The position numbers and the translations under genes were made by a program. Of a stretch of DNA of 64,000 nucleotides, positions 11,409-22,640 are shown piece after piece. Origin of the DNA: Nitrospirota bacterium (GTDB lineage: Bacteria; Nitrospirota; UBA9217); NCBI GenBank assembly GCA_963796285.1, contig CAWCKW010000003.1:160001-224000 (forward strand). Reading direction: 5' to 3'. Every line of letters starts with the position of its first letter. Within the stretch, counting starts at the first letter, position 1. The notes beneath the pieces were generated by a model, which worked only from the letters and a program-made list of their open reading frames with translations, was not told the DNA's origin and did no database searches.

Positions 11409-14400
11409 ATGTTAATCCAGGAAGACTATTTCAAGAACATTTTTAACACAGTTCGTGAAGCTATTCTCGTCCTGGACGAAAACATGAGAGTTCTGTCGGC
11501 CAATCGCAGTTTCTTCACTATTTTCAAAGTAGATGCCGCAAATACTATCGGCTCTCTTTTATACGATCTTGGAAACGGACAATGGAACATCCCGTACCTT
11601 CGCGTGCTGCTTGAAGATGTTCTTCCGAAGAACGACACCGTTGATGACTACGAAATTGAACATAATTTTGAGAGCATCGGGCAGAAAACCATGCTCCTTA
11701 ACGCCTGCAAAATCAGGGAAAAGAAAAACGACCTGCCGATAATCCTTCTCGCCATCGAGGACATTACCGAGCGCAAACGATTGGAAGACCTGTTGACAGA
11801 TTCTGAAAAGCGCTACAGGCGTGTTTTTGAGACCGCAAGCGACAGCATCGTGCTTCTCGAAAAACGCGAAGGGACATATAATCCAAGCTAATCCGGCCAC
11901 CGAGAAAATGTTGGGTTATTCCGAAAAGGAGTGCGTCGGGAAAAACCTTCAGGATATCGGTGTATCGCTCGATATGAGTGATTTCGCAGCGATAATGCAA
12001 GCCTTGAACAAGAAAGGTATTCTTAATTACGATGATGTTCCGGTAAAAACCAGGTACGGGCAAGATATCAACGCGGATATCTACATGGTCGACAGGGCAA
12101 AGCTGGCACAATGTAATATTCGAGATGTCACTGAACGGAAGCACAAAGAGGAGAATATCCAGAAGCTGAACCGGATATTAGTGGCGCGCAGCAATAGCAG
12201 CAAGGCCCTGATAAGCGCCAGTGATGAGTCATGGTATCTCAATGAAGTCTGCAGGATCATTGTCGAGGACTGCGGCCATGCCCTGGTCTGGATCGGATTT
12301 GCGGAGCAGGATGAAGGCAGGACCGTCAGGCCGGTGGCCCACGCAGGCTTTGAGGAGGGCTATCTTGATGTATTGAATATCACGTGGATGGACACAGAAC
12401 GCGGCCGCGGTCCTGTCGGAACGGCTATCAGAACGGGCAAGCCTTCCGTCATCCACGATATCCACGGCAATCCCGCATTCTGCACCTTGGCGCGATGAGG
12501 CTGTCAAGCGGGGATATGCCTCGATAATCGGCGTCCCACTCCTGGCAGAGGGAAAAGCCTTCGGTTCTCTCAATATCTACTCCCGGCAGCAGGACCCCTT
12601 TTCCAAAGACGAAGTGCAGCTGCTTACTGATCTGGCCGCGGACCTGTCGTACGGCATCGCCACCATCAGATCGCGTGCCGCGCAGGCAGAGGCTGGCAAA
12701 GCGCTGATCGAGAGCGAAGAGCGATTCCGTCTGGCAATTCAGGCAACGAAAGATGGCATTTGGGAATGGAATATTCTAACCAATCAGGTTTTCTTTTCCC
12801 CTCGGTTGTGTGAGATTATCGGATATTCGGTTGATGATCCGGAATTTCCACATTCGTATAAAGCATGGGCAGAAAGAATCCACCCTGATGACTACGAGCG
12901 GGTGCAGAAGGCAATGACCGACCATCTTGAAAAAAGGACGAAATATGATATTGATTATCGTCATCGGCATAAATCTGGTGAATACCGCTGGCAAAACTCC
13001 ACAGGAGAGGCGATTTTTGACGAGAGTGGGAAATTCACGAAGATGGTCGGATGTATCTCAGACATAACCGAGCGCAAGAAGGCGGAAGAAACGCTGTACA
13101 TAAAAGAACACCAGCTCACTGAAGCGCAGCGCATAGGGCAAATCGGTAATTGGGATTGGGATTCGACAACTGACACAATTATCTGGTCTGATGAGTATTA
13201 TCATATCTTTGGCATTGATCCGAAACTGCCCGCTCCTAACTACCATGAGCATCTGAAGGCTTATACCGCGGAGAGCGGCGCGCGGCTCGATGCAGCGGTA
13301 AAAAAAGCCATGCAGACCGGAGAGGCTTACGAACTCGATCTGGAGTTTGCCGATCCGGGCAAACGGACAAGGTGGATTTGTGCGCGCGGCGAAGTAAAAA
13401 AAGACGCAAACGGCCGCATCGTAGGTCTTCGCGGCACGGCCCAAGACATCACCGAGAGGAAGAAGGCAGAAGATCGCCTTGTTGTTTTGAATCAGGCCAT
13501 TGAGGCATTACCTGTTGGTGTGACCATAAGCGATTTGGAAGGAAAAATACTATATATAAATCCATTTGACGTAGAGACTCACGGATATGTCATTGACGAA
13601 TTGATAGGAAAAAATGCGCGGATATTCGCCCCTGAAGAATATAGTCGGCCAATAAATATCGCGGTATTGAGTTCCATGAAAGTCTGGAAAAGGGAAACTG
13701 TAAATATCAAAAAGAGCGGTGACATATTTCCTGTATATTTGATATCCCTGTCTGTCAGGACTTCCGATGGAAAACCTATTGGAATTGTTACTGTATGTGA
13801 GGACTTAACTGAAAGGCAAAAACTTGAAGAGCAACTCCGTCAATCCCAGAAGATGGAGGCTGTCGGCACGCTGGCCGGGGGGGTTGCACATGATTTCAAT
13901 AATATCCTCAATGTAATTATGGGATATGGCACCATGGTCATGGACAAGTTGGAAGCCGGTAGTCCTTCAAAGGAACAGATGAATGAGGTGCTCAGTGCCG
14001 CCGACAGGGCTGCGAATCTGACCAGGAGGCTGCTTGTCTTCAGCAGAAAACAGGCTGTTGAAGTGAAGCCCGTTAATATCAATGAGCTTATCCTCGGACT
14101 GCAGAAAATGCTTGTCCGGATTATCAGAGAGAGCATTGAATTTAATTTGGACCTTGCGGACAGGCCCTTGATAGTGCTGGCTGATGCCGGCCAGATAGAA
14201 CAGGTGCTGATGAACCTTGCCGCAAATGCAAAGGATGCGATGCAGGAGGGCGGCCGGCTGACGATCGGCAAAAACTTGAGGAAGTAGATGATGAATATGT
14301 TGCAGCGTATGGATATGGAAAGCCTGGAAGGTATGTGCTTATCACGGTTGCTGATACAGGGCACGGGAATGGATGAGGAAACTCAGAAGAAAATATTCGA

Positions 14401-14970
14401 GCCTTTTTTTACCACAAAAGGTATTGGCGAAGGGACAGGGCTTGGCCTTGCAATTTCCTATGGAATAATAAAACAGCATAGCGGATACATAAAGGTCTAC
14501 AGCGAACCGGGACAAGGTACGGTCTTTAAAATATATCTGCCTCTCGCTGAAGAAACGGCATCCCTGCATAAGAAGACGGAGATTGCCGTCCCGGTTAAGG
14601 GCGGCAATGAGACTATCCTCGTGGCCGAGGACGACGCTTCGCTGAGGAATTTGGCAAGGATCGTACTGGAGTCCTTCGGCTACACTGTTATCTCCGCAGA
14701 GGACGGGGAAGATGCGATCGCAAAATTCATGGAGAACAGGGACCGTATCAACCTCGCCCTGCTTGATATGATCATGCCGAAGAAAAACGGGAAAGAGGTC
14801 AGTGAGGCGATCAGAAAAGTCAACCCTCGGATAAAAGTACTCTTTGTGAGCGGATATACCATGGATATCATCAAGAGCAAAGAATTGACAGAGGCCGGTT
14901 TTGACTTCATCCACAAGCCTTTCCCGCCACAAACCTTTTGATAAAGGTAAGGGAGGTCCTGGATCGATGA
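11409..14970 (+). CDS. multi-PAS/GAF hybrid sensor histidine kinase with C-terminal receiver, several frameshifts
   Basis: Consecutive ORF pieces give PAS, GAF (GRGPVGTAIRTG), PAS, H-box AGGVAHDFNN, EPFFTTK, GTGLGL and REC; KVREVLDR* ends at 14970, overlapping the next ATG. Confidence 0.88.
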
Positions 14971-16033
14971 GCGAAAAAATACTGATTGTCGACGATGAGG
15001 ATGCAAATCTCAGGCTGCTTACCCAGTGGCTCATTCCGTTAGGCTATGCTATTGAAATAGCCTCAAACGGAGAAGAGGCTGTACGGAAGGCCAGGGACAG
15101 CAGACCTGACCTGATAATACTTGATATCATGATGCCGGTCATGGATGGCTATGAGGCGTGCAAACGTATTAAGGCTGATCTTGATACTGCGAATACCCCG
15201 ATCATCATGGTCACGGCTTTGCATGACAAGGAATCCAAACTTAAAGGACTTGAAGCAGGCGCAAATGAATTTCTTTCCAAACCCATTGACCGGTCGGAGC
15301 TGATCATACGGGCGAAGAACCTCCTTGCGATCAAGGCATCCGCAGATTTTATGCTCAGGCATTATCAAATACTGGAGGATGAGGTCAGGAAAAGGACACT
15401 TGAACTTGACGATTCTATGAGAGATCTCGCAAATATGAGCAACGAGATGGTCCTGAAGTTGATGGCTGCAGCAGAATTCAGGGATACGGACACAGGTGCT
15501 CATATAGCGAGAATAGGGTTTTATGCTAATAAGATCGCAGCAGCGATGGATATGCCGATGGACTTTATTGAGACGATAACCTCTGCGAGTTTGCTGCATG
15601 ACATCGGGAAGATCGGGATCCCGGACAGCATTCTCTTAAAGCCGGGTCCTCTTACACGAGATGAATATGAGATTATGAAGACTCATTGCGCAATGGGAAA
15701 TAAAATACTCTTCGGGATCAACCTATCCCAGATATTCAGATGGCTGCCTCCATTGCCTTAAATCATCACGAACGGTGGGACGGCGGGGGCTATCCAGGTG
15801 GCCTTAAAAGAGGAGAAACACCCGCTGAGGGCAGGATTGTCATGCTTGTCGACCAGTATGACGCTCTCAGGTGTCATAGGCCCTACAAAGCAGCCTTTGA
15901 CCATCAAAAGACCTTCACGATCATTACCGAGGGTGACGGAAGGACCGTGCCAGAACATTTTGATCCAGCGGTCCTCAAGGCTTTCAAGGAAATCGCACCA
16001 TTATTTGAAGAGATATTCGATCAACACCAATAG
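14967..16033 (+). CDS. REC-HD-GYP c-di-GMP phosphodiesterase response regulator, frameshift near 15715
   Basis: [42 protein letters not shown]. Confidence 0.9.
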
Positions 16034-16237
16034 GAATCATCAAAAAAATCAGTTGTGAGAACAACGAGGCCGGGTACACAGTGTTAAAATAACTGAGATT
16101 TGATTTCACTGGGTTGCTGCTGTCCTCAGGAAATTGTGACTTCAGAATTGCATCTTTCCTCATGTTCTACCCATATATGACGTTGTGTCCGAAGTGAACT
16201 TACGAACCCGAAGACTAAACGAGATCTTCGTTAGCAT

Positions 16238-16294
16238 GTTTCAACCGGTACTTGACAAATATTTCGGCTTAGCGAAAGTACAGGTTTGTAGGTG
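16238..16294 (+). repeat. right copy of the degenerate 57-bp direct repeat
   Basis: gtttcaaccggtacttg...aaagtacaggtttgtaggtg aligns with 9939-9995. Confidence 0.5.
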
Positions 16295-16509
16295 TACCAA
16301 ATAATCCACAATTTGTCGATGAATGCACGATTTCAACATGAAATCGGCAGTACAATACCTTTTGTCTTGTATGAAAGCTCTATGCATGACATTGCAGGAT
16401 GAACCAAAGTTCGCGGTTCCCCTGTCTAACGCAAAGCTCTTCGTCTTACACCAGCTCTAACAATTTTCCCCTTGTACATCCATCCGGATTCTTGTATATT
16501 CCCCATACC

Positions 16510-17598
16510 ATGGCCGCAAAATCAGAAAAAAATAAGGACATCTCAACGCTCATCAGGCCCCAGGTGCGCAAGCTCGCGGCGTACCACGTCGACGAAACGC
16601 CGGTCCGCATCAAGCTTGACGCCATGGAGAACCCGTTTCTTATGCCCGAAGCGGTGCGGCGCGAGATGGCGGAGGTCGTCCGCAAAACACCGATCAACCT
16701 TTACCCCGATCCCTCGGCCAAAGAGGTGAAAAAGTCCATTGCCTCATTCTGGAAGATGAGGCCGGAGCAGATGATCCTCGGCAATGGTTCCGACGAACTG
16801 ATCCAGGCGATCATCCTCGCCTTCGGCGGCCCGGTGCTCGTTCCCGTGCCGACCTTTGCCATGTACGAGATCACCTCACGCGCTCTCGCGCAGAGCGTGG
16901 TCACCGTGCCGCTCGACGACACCTTTGACCTCGACGCGGACCTGTTGCTCAAGAAGGCAAAAGAACGCAAGGTGAAAGTCATCTTCCTCGCCTGCCCGAA
17001 CAATCCTACGGGAAACCGTTTCTCGGACACGGCGATCAGGAAGGTCCTGGACAATGCCGATGCAGCGGTCGTGATCGATGAGGCCTATTTCAGCTTCTCC
17101 AACAAGACCTATCTGCCGCTCCTGAAGAAGTACCCCAACATGATCATCCTCAGGACGCTTTCGAAGATCGGTTTTGCCGGCCTCCGCATCGGCGTGCTGA
17201 CCGCCTCGCAGGCCATTGTTGATGAACTGAACAAGATCAGGCTTCCGTACAATATCAACAGCCTGTCCCAGGCGGTCGGGGTAACTGCGCTCAAGCATAA
17301 CACAGTCATCAACCGCCAGATTTCCCTGTTGATTTCAGAACGGGAAAGATTATATAATGAACTGACAAAACTGCGGAATGTCATTGCCTATTTGTCAGAG
17401 ACCAATTTCATCATGTTCAGGACCGCTGCGGATGCATCAGGCATCCACAGAAAGCTCAAGCAGGCCGGTATCCTTATCAAGAACCTGAACAAGCCGGGCC
17501 CGCTCAAGAACTGCCTTCGGGTGACCATCGGGACGCCTGAGCAGAACAAGGCCTTCATTGCCGCACTGAAAAAAATCCTGGACACTGATGAACACTGA
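16510..17598 (+). CDS. hisC: histidinol-phosphate aminotransferase
   Basis: KLDAMENP, GNGSDELI, PNNPTG, IDEAY, LRTLSK, GLRIG. Confidence 0.96.
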   Translation: MAAKSEKNKDISTLIRPQVRKLAAYHVDETPVRIKLDAMENPFLMPEAVRREMAEVVRKTPINLYPDPSAKEVKKSIASFWKMRPEQMILGNGSDELIQAIILAFGGPVLVPVPTFAMYEITSRALAQSVVTVPLDDTFDLDADLLLKKAKERKVKVIFLACPNNPTGNRFSDTAIRKVLDNADAAVVIDEAYFSFSNKTYLPLLKKYPNMIILRTLSKIGFAGLRIGVLTASQAIVDELNKIRLPYNINSLSQAVGVTALKHNTVINRQISLLISERERLYNELTKLRNVIAYLSETNFIMFRTAADASGIHRKLKQAGILIKNLNKPGPLKNCLRVTIGTPEQNKAFIAALKKILDTDEH

Positions 17599-17658
17599 TG
17601 GCAGCTCTGATAAGAACCGAAACGACTTGATCATACTGTTTCAGTGAAAATCAGTGTC
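17581..17658. repeat. 10-nt periodic palindromic element overlapping the hisC stop
   Basis: gacactgatg aacactgatg ... tcagtgaaaa tcagtgtc; encodes the hisC tail DTDEH*. Confidence 0.6.
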
Positions 17659-17679
17659 AACGATTGCAAGGAGATCCGC

Positions 17680-18270
17680 ATGCCCCGAAAGGCAACGATC
17701 GAACGCAAGACCAAAGAGACGGACATCAAGATATCGCTGAACCTTGACGGGACCGGCCAGTACCGCATCAAGACCTCGGTGCCGTTCATGGACCACATGT
17801 TCTCGCACATTGCCAAGCACGGTTTCTTCGACTTGATGATCAAGGCAAAGGGCGACACGGAGATCGACGACCACCACACCGTGGAAGACCTCGGCATCGC
17901 CTTCGGCCAGGCGCTCAAGAAGGCGCTCGGGGACAGCAAGGGCATCCGCCGGTATGGCGAGGCGACCGTGCCCATGGACGAGACGCTCGCGCAGGTGGTC
18001 ATGGACCTCTCCGGCAGGCCGTACCTCGTGTACCAGCTGGACCTGCCGAAAAAATACAAGCTCAAGGACTTCGACCCCGGACTTGCCGAGGACTTCTTCC
18101 GCTCTGTTGCCAACCACGCAGGCATGAACCTCCACATCCGCATACTCTATGGCCGCGATGTCCACCACATGCTCGAAGGCATCTTCAAGGCCTTCGGCCG
18201 CGCCCTGGACCAGGCCACCAGCCTGGACCCGAGGATCAAGGGCGTGCTCTCGACGAAGGGCAAGATATAA
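17680..18270 (+). CDS. hisB: imidazoleglycerol-phosphate dehydratase
   Basis: [28 protein letters not shown]; SD aaggag. Confidence 0.97.
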   Translation: MPRKATIERKTKETDIKISLNLDGTGQYRIKTSVPFMDHMFSHIAKHGFFDLMIKAKGDTEIDDHHTVEDLGIAFGQALKKALGDSKGIRRYGEATVPMDETLAQVVMDLSGRPYLVYQLDLPKKYKLKDFDPGLAEDFFRSVANHAGMNLHIRILYGRDVHHMLEGIFKAFGRALDQATSLDPRIKGVLSTKGKI

Positions 18271-18280
18271 ACCTTTTTTT

Positions 18281-18360
18281 ACCGCGGAGGACGCGGAGAG
18301 CGCCGAGAAGTTAATATCTTTAGACTTTCAACTCTGCGTGCTCTGCGGTGCTCTGCGGTG
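18281..18360. repeat. 9-nt periodic palindromic element (ACCGCAGAG type)
   Basis: accgcggag gacgcggag agcgccgag ... ctctgcgtg ctctgcggtg ctctgcggtg. Confidence 0.75.
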
Positions 18361-18372
18361 GAGCCTTTTACA

Positions 18373-18990
18373 ATGATCGCAATCATCGATTACGGAATGG
18401 GAAATCTCAGGAGCGTCCAGAAGGGCTTTGAACACACCGGCCATGAGGCCGTGGTCACCAGCGACGCCAAGACGATCCTGAATGCGGACAAGGTCGTGCT
18501 GCCCGGCGTGGGCGCGTTCTCCGATTGCATGAAGAACCTTGAGCAGTACGGCCTCATCGATGCCGTGCGCACAAGCATCCGCTCCGGCAAACCCTTTCTC
18601 GGGATCTGCCTGGGCCTCCAGCTGCTCTTTACGGAAAGTGAGGAGTTCGGGATATCCAAAGGCCTGGACATCATTAAAGGAAGGGTCATCCGATTCAAAG
18701 GTCCCGAATTCGCCGACCTCAAGATCCCTCACATGGGCTGGAACTCACTTACCTTCAAGAAGCGGCCGACTGCGCTCATAGACGTGCCGGAGAACAGCCA
18801 TGTGTATTTCGTGCATTCGTTCCATGTCGTGCCCGATGATAAGGCCGTGATCGCGACCACCACCCCGTACGGCATCGACTTCGTCTCAAGCATCTGGAAG
18901 GACAACATCCTTGCGGTCCAGTTCCACCCCGAGAAGAGCCAGGCGCTGGGGTTGTCGATCCTGAAAAGATTCGGGGAACAGAAAGGCTAA
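18373..18990 (+). CDS. hisH: imidazole glycerol phosphate synthase, glutaminase subunit
   Basis: IIDYGMGNL, LPGVG, GICLG, PHMGWN, YFVHS, QFHPEKS. Confidence 0.98.
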   Translation: MIAIIDYGMGNLRSVQKGFEHTGHEAVVTSDAKTILNADKVVLPGVGAFSDCMKNLEQYGLIDAVRTSIRSGKPFLGICLGLQLLFTESEEFGISKGLDIIKGRVIRFKGPEFADLKIPHMGWNSLTFKKRPTALIDVPENSHVYFVHSFHVVPDDKAVIATTTPYGIDFVSSIWKDNILAVQFHPEKSQALGLSILKRFGEQKG

Positions 18991-18993
18991 TTT

Positions 18994-19238
18994 CACCGCA
19001 GAGGTCGCAGAGAACGCGGAGAAAACCTAATAATTCTGCAATTAATCAGGACCTAAAATATATGCTCACACGAAGGCACGAAAGCACACGAAGGAAAGCA
19101 CAGTTGCATCTTGCTTTTTGGTTCAAACCCAGGAATTAAAGCCTTTCTTCGTGCCTTTGTGGCTTCGTGAGACAATGATCTGAGTAGTTACATTGTTCTC
19201 TATGTTTTTTTCTCAGCGTCTCAGCGCCTCCGCGGTTA
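18994..19238. repeat. 9-nt periodic palindrome (outer arms) containing a nested MITE
   Basis: caccgcagag gtcgcagag aacgcggag ... ctcagcgtctcagcgcctccgcggtt flank the 19038-19191 element. Confidence 0.7.
19038..19191. mobile_element. MITE-like element, copy 1 (TIR GTAACTACTCAG-like)
   Basis: gcaattaatcag...ctgagtagttac; internal ctcacacgaaggcacg...cttcgtgcctttgtggcttcgtg shared with the 25181 and 27022 copies. Confidence 0.7.
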
Positions 19239-19254
19239 ATTTTTTTGAGGTTTT

Positions 19255-20001
19255 ATGCTTATCATTCCCGCCATCGATCTTAAAGAAGGTAAATGCGTCC
19301 GCCTTGAACAGGGGCTCATGGACAAGGCCACGGTCTATTCCGAAGACCCCGCGACCACGGCACGGCACTGGGAGTCACAGGGGGCCGAGCTACTGCATGT
19401 CGTGGACCTGAACGGCGCCTTTGCGGGCGTGCCGAAGAACCTCGACGCCATCAAGGCGATCCGCGCTGCGATCAAGATCCCGATCGAGGTTGGGGGCGGC
19501 ATACGAGACCTGGCAACGATCAGGACCCTAGTCTCGATCGGCATAGACCGCATCATCCTCGGTACTGCCGCCATCGAGAACCCCTCCTTTGTGCAGGAAG
19601 CCTGCAGAGAGTTCCCGGGCAGGATCATCGTGGGGATCGACGCTAAGGAAGGCCTTGTGGCGATCAAGGGCTGGGCAGAGGTCACGAAGGTGCAGGCCGT
19701 CGACCTTGCGCAACAAATGCAGGAGTATGGCGTCATCGCCGTCATCTATACGGACATCAAACGCGACGGCATGCTGTCGGGCCCGAACATCGAGGCGACG
19801 CAGGTGCTCGCGAAGGCGCTCCATATCCCGGTCATCGCTTCGGGCGGCGTTCATACGATGAAGGACATTGAGGACCTGCTAGCAGTGCGACACTCAGGCG
19901 TGAGCGGGGTCATCACCGGAAAAGCGATCTACAGCGGTTCGCTGAATTTAAAAGAAGCCATCACCTTTGTCAAACTGAACGATAATCAGTGCGCGAGATA
20001 A
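19255..20001 (+). CDS. hisA: ProFAR isomerase
   Basis: [48 protein letters not shown]. Confidence 0.97.
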   Translation: MLIIPAIDLKEGKCVRLEQGLMDKATVYSEDPATTARHWESQGAELLHVVDLNGAFAGVPKNLDAIKAIRAAIKIPIEVGGGIRDLATIRTLVSIGIDRIILGTAAIENPSFVQEACREFPGRIIVGIDAKEGLVAIKGWAEVTKVQAVDLAQQMQEYGVIAVIYTDIKRDGMLSGPNIEATQVLAKALHIPVIASGGVHTMKDIEDLLAVRHSGVSGVITGKAIYSGSLNLKEAITFVKLNDNQCAR

Positions 20002-20007
20002 ACAAAG

Positions 20008-20091
20008 ATCACGAATGTCACGAATAGACGAATCGCACGATAGCTCCGAAGTTCATTCGCGTCATGCGTATTATTGCGTCTTTAAGCGTGA
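20008..20091. repeat. degenerate periodic palindrome (CACGAAT units)
   Basis: tcacgaatg tcacgaat agacgaat cgcacga ... attcgcgtc atgcgta ttattgcgtc. Confidence 0.55.
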
Positions 20092-20116
20092 GAATGCGCT
20101 ATAGGATTTTAAAATC

Positions 20117-20974
20117 ATGTTAACCAAACGCATCATACCCTGCCTTGACGTGAAAGCCGGACGGGTAGTAAAGGGAGTAAGCTTCGTGAACCTGCGCGAT
20201 GCAGGCGACCCCGTCGAGATAGCGAAGATCTACGACGAGCAGGGCGCGGACGAGCTAACATTCCTCGACATCACGGCCTCCCATGAGGAGCGCGGCATCA
20301 TCCTCGATATCGTGCGCCGCACTGCGGAGCAGGTCTTCATGCCGCTCACCGTGGGTGGAGGCATCAAGGTCCTGGACGATATCCGCAACCTCCTGCTCGC
20401 CGGATGCGACAAGGTCTCGATCAACACCACCGCGGTCCACGACCCGGAGTTCATCAAGGCCGCCTCCATGCGCTTCGGAAGCCAGTGCATTGTCGTCGCC
20501 ATCGACGCGAAGCAGGTGGTAGCCCATGACAAGAACTTCAAACCGCCATTGAAATGGGCAGGCGATCCAAAATACAAATCTTTGTTTCTTTCCCAATCCG
20601 CAATCCGCAATCCGCAATCCGAAATACATTGGGAGGTCTACACCCATGGCGGCAGAAAACCCATGGGCATCGATGCCGTGGCGTGGGCAAAGAAGATGGA
20701 GGAGTACGGCGCGGGTGAGATCCTGCTCACGAGCATGGACCAGGACGGACAGAAGAACGGCTACGACCTGGCGCTCACGCGTGCCGTGGCCGAGGCGGTC
20801 CAGATACCGGTCATCGCCTCGGGCGGCGTGGGGAATCTTGAACATATTTATGACGGGTTCACAAAAGGCAAGGCCGATGCCGCTCTTGCTGCCTCGATCT
20901 TCCATTTCAGGGAATATACCATAAGGCAGGCGAAGGAATACCTCAAAGAACGGGGCGTTCCGGTGAGATTGTAA
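20117..20974 (+). CDS. hisF: imidazole glycerol phosphate synthase, cyclase subunit, with ~30-aa loop insertion
   Basis: [49 protein letters not shown]. Confidence 0.98.
   Translation: MLTKRIIPCLDVKAGRVVKGVSFVNLRDAGDPVEIAKIYDEQGADELTFLDITASHEERGIILDIVRRTAEQVFMPLTVGGGIKVLDDIRNLLLAGCDKVSINTTAVHDPEFIKAASMRFGSQCIVVAIDAKQVVAHDKNFKPPLKWAGDPKYKSLFLSQSAIRNPQSEIHWEVYTHGGRKPMGIDAVAWAKKMEEYGAGEILLTSMDQDGQKNGYDLALTRAVAEAVQIPVIASGGVGNLEHIYDGFTKGKADAALAASIFHFREYTIRQAKEYLKERGVPVRL
20594..20625 (+). repeat. (CAATCCG)x4 heptamer tract in frame within hisF
   Basis: caatccg caatccg caatccg caatccg aaat encodes [11 protein letters not shown]. Confidence 0.85.
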
Positions 20975-21145
20975 ATTCGACATCAACGTACATCTAAGAG
21001 TGGTATATCAATCTGCTTTCGCGGCAAACACTATCCCCGATCACTATCGATCGTACATTCTTTAACGCTCTGATACATTGAAGCTCCCTGCAGCAGACTG
21101 CGGGGAATGCGCTCACTCCGGAATTTCGCGGTAACATCAATATCT

Positions 21146-22102
21146 ATGCAAAAACTCAAACTATTATTGACCGTTATTATTCTCATAAACGTGATTTTTT
21201 TTTCTTTGTCCGCAATTACGCATGCCGTGAATGCAATGGATCTTCAGAGCACGATGATTCAGGAAAATAATGTCGATACGCTGCTTTTAAATCCCGCGCA
21301 GGAAAAGACGGCTCCGGCCTCGCGTGTTTCGTCGGAGTCTGACTTGCACATGGAGTTCGGCGTCCAGTACATTCGGTACCGCAATATGGATGAACCTTAC
21401 GAGTTCAACCCGGCGGCCGAGCTGATGCCGGCTTCTTCTCCCGGATGGGAACACACGTGGCACGAGGAGAGGACCTGGTTGCGTGCGAGCGATGATCTGT
21501 TCAACAGCAAGCATCTTTTATTGCAGCCGGGATTGATGCTGGGTGCGGTGAGGGGCGAATTCAAGGCAAGCAATGCCGCTCTCCACTTCTCAGAGGAATG
21601 GCGGACAAAACCCGCCTTGCTCTGGGGCCTGTCATTCACCGGAGAGCTGCGCGCGGACCGGCATAGCGGTCCGTTCCTGAACGTGCGGTACATGATCAGT
21701 GGGGCCGAGGCCTCTGAGGAGCATGAAACCCTGACCTCGGACAATCTCGGGACCTCGGGCGATATGAGAGACGCGCGCTTCCGCTGGCAGGAGACCGAGG
21801 CGTTTCTGGGCGCGGGTTATCGATGGGGAACGCTGAAACCGATGGCAGGAATATCCTATACCAACTTCCGTCTGCAGAAGCGGTTGCGCTACCATATCCC
21901 TGAGGCGGGCTTAAGCAGCACTGATCTGCAAGTCGTCCGCGCCCTGAACAGCAGAGAAAGCGAGTACGACTTCCGAAACGGTCATCCCTGGGCGCCGTTT
22001 CTGGCCCTGGAATGGACAATGACGCCGGGCTGGACGCTCGTTGCCGTCTTCACGTTCCGGCAGAATGAGGACCTCAGCCTGTCGTTGCGCAAGAACTTTT
22101 AG
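21146..22102 (+). CDS. putative outer-membrane beta-barrel protein
   Basis: N-terminal signal peptide, amphipathic beta-strand pattern, C-terminal LSLSLRKNF. Confidence 0.65.
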   Translation: MQKLKLLLTVIILINVIFFSLSAITHAVNAMDLQSTMIQENNVDTLLLNPAQEKTAPASRVSSESDLHMEFGVQYIRYRNMDEPYEFNPAAELMPASSPGWEHTWHEERTWLRASDDLFNSKHLLLQPGLMLGAVRGEFKASNAALHFSEEWRTKPALLWGLSFTGELRADRHSGPFLNVRYMISGAEASEEHETLTSDNLGTSGDMRDARFRWQETEAFLGAGYRWGTLKPMAGISYTNFRLQKRLRYHIPEAGLSSTDLQVVRALNSRESEYDFRNGHPWAPFLALEWTMTPGWTLVAVFTFRQNEDLSLSLRKNF

Positions 22103-22118
22103 ACCAGGGAAACACGTA

Positions 22119-22212
22119 GGCGGCGTGGGGTATCTTGAACACATTTATGACGGGTTCACAAAAGGCAAGGCCTATGCCGCTCTTGTTGCCTCAATCTTCC
22201 ATTTCAGGGAAT
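22119..22212 (+). repeat. 94-bp direct copy of the hisF 3' region (20822-20915)
   Basis: 5 mismatches in 94 bp; translates [31 protein letters not shown]. Confidence 0.95.
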
Positions 22213-22220
22213 TTATAGCT

Positions 22221-22264
22221 AAAAAAAGCGGCCCCGACCGAGAGTCGGGGCCGCTGCTGTTTTA
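22221..22264. terminator. intrinsic terminator, probably bidirectional
   Basis: aaaaaaagcggccccgac-cgaga-gtcggggccgct followed by gctgtttt. Confidence 0.8.
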
Positions 22265-22281
22265 CGAACTGGAAAGAACGC

Positions 22282-22545
22282 TTACTTCGCCTTTACTTCG
22301 ATCTCTGCTGCACGTGATTCGTACTTAATGGTCACTTTCGCTCCGACCTTCAGGTCTCCCTTGACCTTCGTGCCGGCGTCCTTGGTCATTTCGAATTTCT
22401 CGCCGTTCTTGTCCACCACGATGACGTTGTCCTTGACCTCCAGGACCTTGCCGGTGAACTGATAGGTCTTTCCTGCGTACGACACCGATGCAACCAGGCA
22501 CATCACTACCGCAAATGCCACAACCATTGCTGATACACGCTTCAT
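22282..22545 (-). CDS. small exported beta-rich hypothetical protein
   Basis: ATG at 22545 with SD gaggagg, signal peptide ending [13 protein letters not shown]...[13 protein letters not shown]. Confidence 0.8.
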   Translation of the reverse strand: MKRVSAMVVAFAVVMCLVASVSYAGKTYQFTGKVLEVKDNVIVVDKNGEKFEMTKDAGTKVKGDLKVGAKVTIKYESRAAEIEVKAK

Positions 22546-22588
22546 AGAAAACCTCCTCAACGTAAGATATGAATTTCGAACCGTTGTA

Positions 22589-22617
22589 ACTATATCGAAT
22601 CCGGACCACGCTGTCAA
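22589..22617 (-). promoter_or_regulatory. sigma70-type promoter
   Basis: TTGACA-N17-TATAGT on the minus strand. Confidence 0.65.
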
Positions 22618-22640
22618 GCGCTCCGGCTAAATCCGCGACG

